A stretch of 64,000 nt of DNA from Eledone cirrhosa. Its lineage: Eukaryota. A program made the translations under genes and the position numbers. Positions 54,045-64,000 of this stretch are shown here, one piece after another (position 1 is the stretch's first letter; the number at the start of each line of letters is the position of its first letter). The notes beneath the pieces are model-generated. The model searched no databases. It saw only the letters and a program-made list of their open reading frames with translations, and was not told the DNA's origin. Location: contig OZ024743.1 in assembly GCA_964016885.1 (NCBI GenBank), forward strand, positions 204,104,001-204,168,000. The letters are read 5' to 3'.

Positions 54045-56629
54045 ATATATTTATTGATAATAACAACAATTCAAAATGACAGGTCTGTTTGGGAACAGAG
54101 TTCAAATTGACCAATGAAAACACAAAAAGTTTATACAGTTAGGTGTGTGTATATATGTAAGTAACTTCGTTCACAGATATGCATAAAAATATATGTTCAC
54201 ATGCATACGCATGCCGAAAAGATGTATGTAAATACAAAAATTCAAGGCTAATGTCTCTGTATGTTTATAATCTACAGATAAAGTACGTATACGCATATAA
54301 ATATAAAAATAAATATATACACATATAATATATCACTTAGAATTTCTAACCTTTCTTCTAACCAAGATGTATTTGATAAAAATGCGACCTTCTATAACGA
54401 AGCTCTAGATAGAAGTGGCCACAAAAATAGATTAGAATATATACCTTCTACTAAAAATACTATAAACATACAACCTAATATTACCAACAAACACCAAATG
54501 AAAAGTACACACCTAAATGCCACCCACACTATACCCCGAAATACCAACAACTCTTCTAATATAAAGTATAGTAACTCTCAAAAAACTACTCATCATACAA
54601 CTCTAATAAATGTTAATAATAAAACTCCTAATAAACAAGATAAAACACCTAAATCTACAAATCTAACTAAAAATGTGCGTGGTGAGATCATTAACATTAA
54701 TCCTCCTAGTAAACATCACGATACAACCTATAAAAATAATAAACAACATAGAAACCGTAATAGACGAGTTACTTGGTATAATGCTCCATTTAATTTACAA
54801 ATTAAGGATAATATTGCTAAAAAAAATTTTTATATCCTAGAGAAAAACTTCCCGCCAAACCACAAATACCATCAAATCTTAAATAGGTCTACAGTTAAAT
54901 TCTCATACTCAACAACAAATAACATAAAACAAAATATAAGTGCCTATAATGCATATAAATGTAAGAATACCATAAGTATACCACCAATACATCAAACTAA
55001 CCATAATATCTCCTCAAATACAGAATTAACGAAAGGTTGTAACTGTAGAAACAAAGCAAACTGCCCATTAAAAGGAAATTGTCTTGTTAACAACATAGTT
55101 TATAAATGTAATGTTAAAACTAAAGATTCTATTTGCTCAGATATAGGAGCTACTTCTAACAATTTTAAGGTAAGGTTTAATACCCACAAACATAGTTTTA
55201 AAAATGCCGCACTGGCTAATACAACATCTCTAGCAGAAAAAATCAATAGTTATAAAAATAAGAATATAGAATATGATATGACCTGGAGTGTGCTCAAAAG
55301 AGCCACCCCTTATCAAAATAATAGAAATGAATGTAGATTAGGTTCCCAAGAACTATTTGAAATAATGAAATCTAAGGATATCCTATTAAATAAACGACAG
55401 GAATTAATTATATCGTGTAATCATAAACTAAGAAAAACATTTAAATATTATAAACCTAATTAATAACATTATTTTAGAAATTAATATATAATTTAATTTA
55501 AATGTTAGTTAACCTATAAATTGAATTTATTTAAAATTCTACTACAGATGAGATTATAAAATATTGTGTAATCATAAATTGTGAAAAACTTTTAAATATT
55601 AGTAATATATACTTCGTAAATTAATTTATAGATTAATTTTAATTTATTTAACCTTTTATTAAAATTCCTTTACAGATAAAATATAACAAAATATCGTGTA
55701 TTCAATGACAGAGAAATAATTTTTAATATTATAGACCTAATTAATGTACATTTTAGAAATATATTTATAATTTGGTTTTAAATTTGTTTAACCTAAAAAT
55801 TTAATTTAATTGGCTTAAAATTAATATCCTAATACAGATGGATTGCAGAGTGTCATGTAATCATAGACTGAGATAGGTTTTGGATGTATACCTAGTTAAT
55901 ATATTCTTTGCAATTTTTGAAAAAATATGTATGTGTATGTATATATATGTATATGTATGTATATATATATATGTATATGTATATATATATGTGTATGTAT
56001 TAATTTTAATTTCTGTTTACCTATAATTATATTCTACTATAGATAAAATACAATATCTGTTTTAATTATTATAAACCAAATTAACATATACTATAGAAAT
56101 TAATATATAATTTTTAATTTAGTTAACCTATAATTTATATTCTACTACCGATGTAATACTTTATTTGTTTTTTTCCCTATTACTAAATTCATTTCCTAAT
56201 ATTGATACCATAACGTTAATAATTTTAATTTAGTTATACTATAATTAATACTCTACTACTATTTAACTTCAAAATTCCGCTTCAAATATTATAAACCTAA
56301 GTAGTATACACCTTAGAAATCAATATATTAACTATCTTTATTTTAGTTAACCTATAATTAATAGTCTACTTATATTAAAATGCATAATTTTGCCTTCTTT
56401 CTTACATTTCCTAATACTGAAACTACTATGTAAACACATATTGTGATCTAAATGCAGATTAATATTCTGTTTCTTGAAACCTATATTTACTATAATCCCC
56501 CCCCCCTATTATTATTTGTATTTGTAAGCGTGGATGTATGTATGTTATATGTAGGTAGGTATGTATGTTTGGGTGTTTGTATGTGAGTATAAAAATACAT
56601 ATGTGCGCATGTAAATAAGGGTGTATGAT

Positions 56630-56670
<41 letters not shown>

Positions 56671-56876
56671 ATATATATATATATGTATATATATATGTAT
56701 CTATGTATTTATGTGGGTATATGTATGTATATAATATATATATATAATTTATATATGTAATATGTTTATATGTAATATGTATATATAAACATATATACAT
56801 ATATAAACATATATATATATATATATATATATGTTTATATATGTATATATGTTTATATATACATATATAAACATAT

Positions 56877-56934
<58 letters not shown>

Positions 56935-57025
56935 AATATGTTTGACTGTGTGTATTAATTTATTTATTTATTTATTTATTTTATTTATTTATTTTTTTAT
57001 ATATATGTATATATGTATATATGTT

Positions 57026-57102
<77 letters not shown>

Positions 57103-57384
57103 ATATATATGTATGTGTGTATGTATGTGTATGTATGTGTGTGTGTGTATGTGTGTATATATTTATATGTGTATATGTATCTCTATTTATATATGTATAT
57201 ATGTGTATGTATATCCCTTTATTTATGTATGTCTGAGTTGTGTGAGCGTGTGGTGGTGTTTGTATGTATATACGCATACATGGATGTGTATGTATGTGTA
57301 TATATGCGTATATGTATGTGTATGTATGTGTGTATATATATGTATGTCTATGTATGAGTATGTATGTGTGTGTATGTATGTATA

Positions 57385-57429
<45 letters not shown>

Positions 57430-57490
57430 TATATGTGTGTGTGTAAGTATATATATATCTTTGTATATGTGTATGTGTATGTGAGTGTAT

Positions 57491-57644
<154 letters not shown>

Positions 57645-57742
57645 GTGTATGTGTATATATATATATATATATATATGTGTGTGGGTATGTATGTGTATGT
57701 GTGTATATACATGAGTGTGCTTTATATGTGTGTAGATATGTG

Positions 57743-57800
<58 letters not shown>

Positions 57801-58371
57801 CTTAATATATTTCTTTTTTCTTTTTCTTTTTATTTCTAAATTTATAGATACATTTATAAATAGGCAGCTTGCTGACACCGCTAAATACTGACCTTTTCTG
57901 CCCCCCCCCCCACCTACTTTCTGTCTCTGGATCCAAATATGTGTGGCAGTGTTTATGTGCGCGCATTAATGTCCATATGCTTATGATAATAGTATATACA
58001 CATATATGTGTGTGGGGGTGTGTGTGTGAATGTATGTTCGTGGTTGTGTGTATGTTTATGCGTATAAGCGCGTGTGTGTGTGAATGTACGTATATGTGTG
58101 AGTATATGAATGTGTGTATATATTTATTTTTATATTTATATGCGTATACGTACTTTATCTGTAGATTATAAACATACAGAGACACTAGCCTTGAATTTTT
58201 GTATTTACATACATCTTTTCGGCATGCGTATGCATGTGAACATATATTTTTATGCATATCTGTGAACGAAGTTACTTACATATATACACACACCTAACTG
58301 TATAAACTTTTTGTGTTTTCATCCCAAACAGACCTGTCATTTTGAATTGTTGTTATTATCAATAAATATAT

Positions 58372-58525
58372 TTCATTATTTCTGAAGACGGCATATATAT
58401 GTGTTGGTATGTATATTTAATTTTGATAGTTTGTATAATTTTGTATAATTTTGTACATAGATCTGTTGAATATGCATGCCAATTCTAACACATATATATC
58501 CTAGAAACGATCGTTAAATAATGAA
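58372..58525 (+). ncRNA. Type I hammerhead, ~115-nt stem II
   Basis: ttcattattt-CTGAAGA-cggcatatatatgtgttgg...ctaacacatatatatccta-GAAAC-gatc-GTT-aaataatgaa. Confidence 0.82.
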
Positions 58526-58992
58526 CTTTTTTTGTTTAATATAAGGAACTGTTTCATTGTTTTATTCATTATTTTTTTAATATTTTATCTTGACTCTGTA
58601 TTCCGTTTATCTTTCACCGAAAGTGATTTTTCATTGCATCTCTTCTTTCCATGATATCCGGATTACATTGAGTTCTTCATACGGATTGGACACTACCGTA
58701 AACTCTTGGTAGATTTATCTACATATATATATATATATATATATATGAAATTAGAAAATAGAATAGCTTTCACCGTATTTTTGACTAAAGGAATTTTAGC
58801 CTGATAATGGGGTTTAGAACCCTCAAATAAATGGAAAAAGATGAGTATTGACGTCAATACTCATCTTTTTCCATTTATCTGAGGGTTCTAAACCCCATTA
58901 TCAGGGTAAAATTCCTTTAGTCAAAAATACGGTGAAAGCTATTCTATTTTCTAATTTCAAACCTCCTCACGGTTTCAAAACATACTTACTTG

Positions 58993-59023
<31 letters not shown>

Positions 59024-59240
59024 AATATATATATAAAATATATATAAAATATATAATATCGCATGATTGGCTAGTAAGAACATCTCAACAAGTGACTAAA
59101 GACAAGAAATATAGATCGAAACTAAATCAATCATAAAGCAAATGTCACCTATGTTTGCTTTTGTCCCGTAGCGTGGTTCTCTAGCAATAACATCATAAGT
59201 CACAAGTAAATAAAGATAAGAAATATAGATCGAAACTAAA

Positions 59241-60107
59241 TCTATATATATAAAACTGTGGTTGTCTGTCTGTCTATCGATTTTTGGCACACATCTCCTC
59301 TTAGAATCTCTCACGGTATTGAACCGAAATTGCTAGACTTGTACATTGAGCCCTAGCAAAGACATCGGAAAAAAAAATTTCAAATTGACCCACCCTATGT
59401 GACGAAATCGAATATAATGTATCGATTTTTGAGCGTAAGTGATCAGTTATTTCCCTTTGTTCTGTTTACATTGAGCGTCTTACGTAAAAAATTACGCTGG
59501 CTTTCTCACACTAAGCTTCCGTTTTGCTTCATTTCCATTTAAAAGCCTTTTAAAACAATATTTTTACTTGAAAACAAGTCTATTTAAAGACTACGTAAAA
59601 CAAGCAAATATTTCGTAAAAAAAAGCAAAAATTATATAAGTTTATTTAAAATATATGTATCTATAAATTTCGTTAGGCGTGCAGACAGACAGTCGTGCAG
59701 AGAGGTGATATACGCGTGCAGACAGACAGTCGTGCAGAGAGGTGATATAGGCGTGCAGACAGACAGTCGTGCAGAGAGGTGATATAGGCGTGCAGACAGA
59801 CATAACTGATAATTTGGTTACGCTAATGTTTTTATCTGCGTTGCAGTGTTTACATTTTCGATCTTTGTTAATAAATAACCAGTGCAGTTTTTATCCCCAG
59901 CATCCTCTTTTGTTATAACATTCGGGTTATCGTTATGTTTTCTTAACTTCATAAGGCATATTGTTGTTTGAGGGAATATTAATCAAAAACACCACATGCA
60001 AGTCTGCACAGTAGACACTACAGTTTTTAAGCCAAAAAAGAAACTTAACATTGTAACTTTAACACAGCTACTGAGCGACCCCGAGCAACGCCGGGCTTTA
60101 CTGCTAG
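59241..60107 (+). mobile_element. Non-autonomous Helitron (second copy, internal deletion, fewer 37-mers)
   Basis: A|TC...CTAG|T; near-identical to 49677-50660. Confidence 0.9.
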
Positions 60108-60264
60108 TTAACGATAAAGCAGATGTCAATTTTCTGAACATAAAACGTCTCGGATGAGCACCTCATCACCCTTAAACAGAACCAGCAATTAGCGAGCTGC
60201 GGTATTGTATCCAAGTCATGGAGTCAAACCGTATCTCCAGACCTGCCTAATAATTGTGCCTAAA

Positions 60265-60470
60265 TCTACTTTTGGCATAAGGCCAACAATTCTAGGGAGG
60301 TCGATTAAATCGGCGTCAGTGAATTATGGGTGTTTCTACTTTATCGCCTCCGCAAGGATGAAAAACAAAGCTAATCTCGGCGGGATTTGAACACAGAACA
60401 TTAAGGTACGTAGCTATACGCCGCAAAGCATGTTGTCCGAAGCTCTACCGATTCTGCCAATGCACCGCCT
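60265..60470 (-). mobile_element. tRNA-derived SINE
   Basis: Reverse complement has TGGCAGAATCGG and GTGTTCAAATC boxes and the same body. Confidence 0.8.
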
Positions 60471-60647
60471 GACCTACTAAATAATAATTAACTGCAAAAC
60501 AACACACCACCACCAACTACCACACCAACAAATAACGAACAACTGTTCCATCAACACTATCATACCAACTTACTCTACTACAACCTTGTCACAATGCCAA
60601 CCACCACTGCAAAAACTCATCACTGCTTCCATTATCGTCATAACAAT

Positions 60648-60822
60648 GGGAGGTGGATTGGCAGTATCGGTAGAGCGTCAGACGCCACGCTTTGCAGTAT
60701 AGAGTTATGGCGTTTCATGTTCTGATTTAAAATCCCGCCGAGGTTAACTTTGCCATTCATCCTAACGGGGTCGATAAAATAAAGCATTAGTAATGTCCTT
60801 ATGCCAACAATAGAAACAATTA
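60648..60822 (+). mobile_element. tRNA-derived SINE
   Basis: Homologous to 27189-27375. Confidence 0.8.
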
Positions 60823-61066
60823 TCATCACAATAATATCGACAGCATTCTCATGCATATTTCTTTTGTTTTCACGTATGTATCATAAACAGTTTCAACTTC
60901 ACCGAATTTCTTTTTACAGTGCGCGATTCACTTTATTATTCTCAGGCGGGTTTAAACGGTGACTAAGGGTGTTCCAAAGAGAAAGGGAAGGATGAGAAGT
61001 GAACGATAAATTATGAGAACGTGGAAGCATCTGAACAGAAGAAAGAATATATATCAATAGAGAGAG

Positions 61067-61131
<65 letters not shown>

Positions 61132-61187
61132 AGTGAGAATTCGATGATGTAAAATATAGTCTGGGGTGGTGAGTCATACACACATAC

Positions 61188-61212
61188 TTAATAAACATAT
61201 AAATAGCAACAT
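61188..61212 (-). CDS. Putative first coding exon (MLLFICLL + 1 nt) of the same host gene
   Basis: ATG TTG CTA TTT ATA TGT TTA TTA A|GTATGT. The phase-1 donor matches the phase-1 acceptor at 230; the join gives signal-peptide-like MLLFICLLITISWWFPVTNG-C. Confidence 0.45.
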
Positions 61213-61888
61213 AAAAATATCCACATCCACTATTGAACCTGTAGCGCTGCAAATGTTATGATATAGAATCCAGCTTCTCTTCAGCCTTTGTAACAAATTT
61301 GTTATGTCGTTGTTGTTGCTGTTGTTGTTGCTGCTAATGCTGTTGTTGTTTATGCTGCTGCTGATGCTGTTGCGGCTGCTGCTGTTATTACGGCTGCTAC
61401 TGCTATTATTCCTGAAGTCAGACGAATGAAATGGGTTTTCGTATTTCCCGCACACCTTTTTCGTCGTTGTCGTCGTCGTCGTGGAGAAATCTTGCACGCT
61501 TTGCACGTGATTTTTCTTTTCTGGCGTCGCTTGCGAAAGAGAAGGGAGGGAGAGAGACACGTTTAGAGAAGGGAGGGAGAGAGACAATCTTCTCTCTGCT
61601 GTAGTGACGATTGAGGAAGAAGAAGACGGAATGAGTGGGAGTGACCTATGAAAATTCTTTTTCGTAGCCATGTTTTTTTGTTTTTTTTTCAATAAATATT
61701 GGGCACAAAACCCCAATAAGCGGTTATGTAACCCCGGAGGGCCAAATAACGGGCAGAATGACCCCTCTCACGAGGAGGAGGGTGTTTTTGTCTACAATTT
61801 GGTTAAAGTTTTAAACAATTTACAATTGTTATAGCGGTCAAAATTTACAATACCTTACAGAGCCGAGCCTCCGTCAACCATAGCATTC

Positions 61889-61907
61889 AATAATAATAAT
61901 AATAATG

Positions 61908-61956
<49 letters not shown>

Positions 61957-62031
61957 TGCCAATAATACCAATGATGCCTGCCCAAAGTATCTGGATGATA
62001 CTCGGTAGTCATTGCAGATAAAGTTAAATCA

Positions 62032-62086
<55 letters not shown>

Positions 62087-62107
62087 GAAGGGAATAATAA
62101 TAATAAG
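61889..62107. repeat. (TAA)n microsatellites
   Basis: Direct reading. Confidence 0.95.
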
Positions 62108-63192
62108 GGAAGAAGACGCACGAGGTGACGGAGGTCATGAAATCGCTCCCGTAAGTTTTGAATTTTTAACATATTTAAATCATTTGTGAAATAACAACTC
62201 TTAGTACAAATGCTACGTAAAGCACCCGGCTTGAGCCCCAAAAAATTCGGACCCAAAATATATTGTTATAAGGCTCAAATATTCAAATATTCAACTTTGT
62301 ATTGTACACTGTATATCCAAAAAAGAAAATGGCTATAAATGGAAGAAGAACCCCCCCCCCTCCTCTCCTCTGTCTACACTATATAGGACAGCCAAAATCA
62401 CCAACACCAGAAACTAGATACACCACCCACCCCATCATCTGTGTACACTAAACACAACAGCCAGATAACGGCATTTTCACCTCACCGCCACCGCTCACTA
62501 CGGCCATCATTACCACCACTATCCCATCACCGCCGCCACCACCCCTTGACTCCTTCACTGCTGCCACCGCTACAGCACCATCACTACAGTAATACGGTCA
62601 CATCACCGCCACCACTGCCTCGGTATCGACATCACCACCACCACTGTCTCAATATCGCTACCGCCGCCAGTCTCCCACTTCTCCCTGCTGGCTGCTACTT
62701 CCACATTATAGAATTCCTACTACTAACAAAGAGGAAGGCATCAAAATATATAGATAGACTCAAAAGAAAAAAAGAAAAAACAAACAACAAAACCAAAGCA
62801 GCACAGCAACAACAGCAAAAACGAGAAAAACAAACAGAGAAAAACAAAAACAAAAACAAAAAAAGAAACCCCAAAAACGTAAAGAAAATAAGAATGAAGA
62901 GAGAAGCAGGCGGACGGACAGAGAAGAGGGGGGGAAAAGTAAAACTTAAAAAACAAAAACTAAGTCAGACATTCGAACACTACATTACAATGAAACTTAT
63001 GCTTATTCATTTTTGGGGCCCTTTCTGCCTGTGTGTTTGTTTGTTTATGTGTGTTCGTATACAGCGTGGTGATAATGCCACACAAGGGCCAAGTGGAATG
63101 GCGGATCCACAGATGGCTATGTAACTATACATTCGCCAATCCTCGATAAGAGTGTTTAAATATCGAACATAAACAGTTCGAATAACGGTGAA

Positions 63193-64000
63193 ATGGAGAC
63201 TAGAACGTCATGTGACAGACTCTCACCCAACAGGTGCCCCCTGGCTCAGCAGCAGGAACCTGACTGTCAACCAAATACTGCTGATGTTGGAGGAGGAAGA
63301 AGAAGGAAAGGGGCCAGAACCAACTGGACGAAAGAATTGAATAGAACTGTTATGCAATGCTACCTGAAAAGTAACCCCAAGGAGAGGGGCTACAGGAGAC
63401 GGATGCATAACATCTGGAACGAGATTGGTTTATTTAAATTAGATGAACAAAAATTGGCCGGGCAAGCTCGGGTAATAAGAACTAATGGGTGGATAAGCGA
63501 GCTGGAACTGGAGGAACTGAGCAGAGAGAATGGCTTGGAGATGGCGGGTGTAGTATGCCAGACAAGCGAGCCAGTGGGAAATGAAGGTGAAGAGGTCCTG
63601 AGAACGGAGGAACCACCCGAAGCAGACAATGATGTGAATACTGAGATAAATAATACCTGGAACAGAGATACGGCCACTGAGGAGATGAATGCTGACGGGC
63701 TAGGACAAGATTCCGTTGACATCCTAAATTTAGTGGTAGATGAATTGAACAATGATAGTGGGAGACCTATGAACCTAAGATTTGTAGACAGGAAAAAGTT
63801 AAAAGAAACAACAGCTAAGGTAAACAAAGTCATCCCATACCTTGAGGCGAGGAGCCTTCACCAGTGCAACAATATCCTCAAAGCAACAGCAAATACGGTG
63901 AGGAAACTACTTGGTATAAAAGCGAGAGGAAACAACAGACAAGAAAGAGCAGAGCCGTGGTGGAAGAAGCGACTGAGTGGGCAAATCGGGGAAATGAGAA
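63193..64000 (+). CDS. N-terminus of a Dong/R4-clade non-LTR retrotransposon ORF (runs off the window)
   Basis: Manual translation, open to the window end: NWTKELNRTVMQCYLKSNPKERGYRRRMHNIW...EQKLAGQARVIRTNGWISELELEE...EPWWKKRLSGQI. Confidence 0.82.
   Translation, partial: METRTSCDRLSPNRCPLAQQQEPDCQPNTADVGGGRRRKGARTNWTKELNRTVMQCYLKSNPKERGYRRRMHNIWNEIGLFKLDEQKLAGQARVIRTNGWISELELEELSRENGLEMAGVVCQTSEPVGNEGEEVLRTEEPPEADNDVNTEINNTWNRDTATEEMNADGLGQDSVDILNLVVDELNNDSGRPMNLRFVDRKKLKETTAKVNKVIPYLEARSLHQCNNILKATANTVRKLLGIKARGNNRQERAEPWWKKRLSGQIGEMR

Noticed and set aside
61174-63124. ORFs 61174-61716 (-) and 62441-63124 (+) as full proteins
   Set aside because: Dominated by trinucleotide and A-rich low complexity; only the last codons of the first are used, as a putative exon.
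63110-63195. HDV-like ribozyme upstream of the Dong/R4 ORF
   Set aside because: P2- and P4-like helices are present, but there is no clear P1 or P1.1 and no catalytic C in J4/2.

Overview
AT-rich eukaryotic DNA, most likely cephalopod/octopus, inferred from the SINE, RTE and Dong/R4 families and the very large (TA)n tracts. The window is almost entirely nested retroelements inserted into (TA)n microsatellites. Penelope-like elements (PLEs) dominate: a head-to-tail array of a Naiad-type PLE with two intact 770-aa RT+GIY-YIG ORFs (period 3017 bp), two Neptune-type fragments, about 6 further Naiad fragments and many solo or inverted pLTR ends. By eye I find about 20 type I hammerhead ribozyme (HHR) motifs in these ends. 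Many carry the U3-A8 core covariation, palindromic mini stem III and unusually large (50-115 nt) stem II domains. Also present: an RTE LINE abutting a CR1/L2-group LINE, the 5' part of a Dong/R4 LINE, Helitrons, tRNA-derived SINEs, a DNA-transposase remnant and a foldback MITE. Two small minus-strand exons (61188-61212 and 95-230) splice in phase into a signal-peptide-bearing Cys-rich protein, suggesting nearly the whole window is one ~61-kb host intron. All (YI)n-type ORFs are microsatellite artefacts. No database search or folding program was run; all calls are by inspection.
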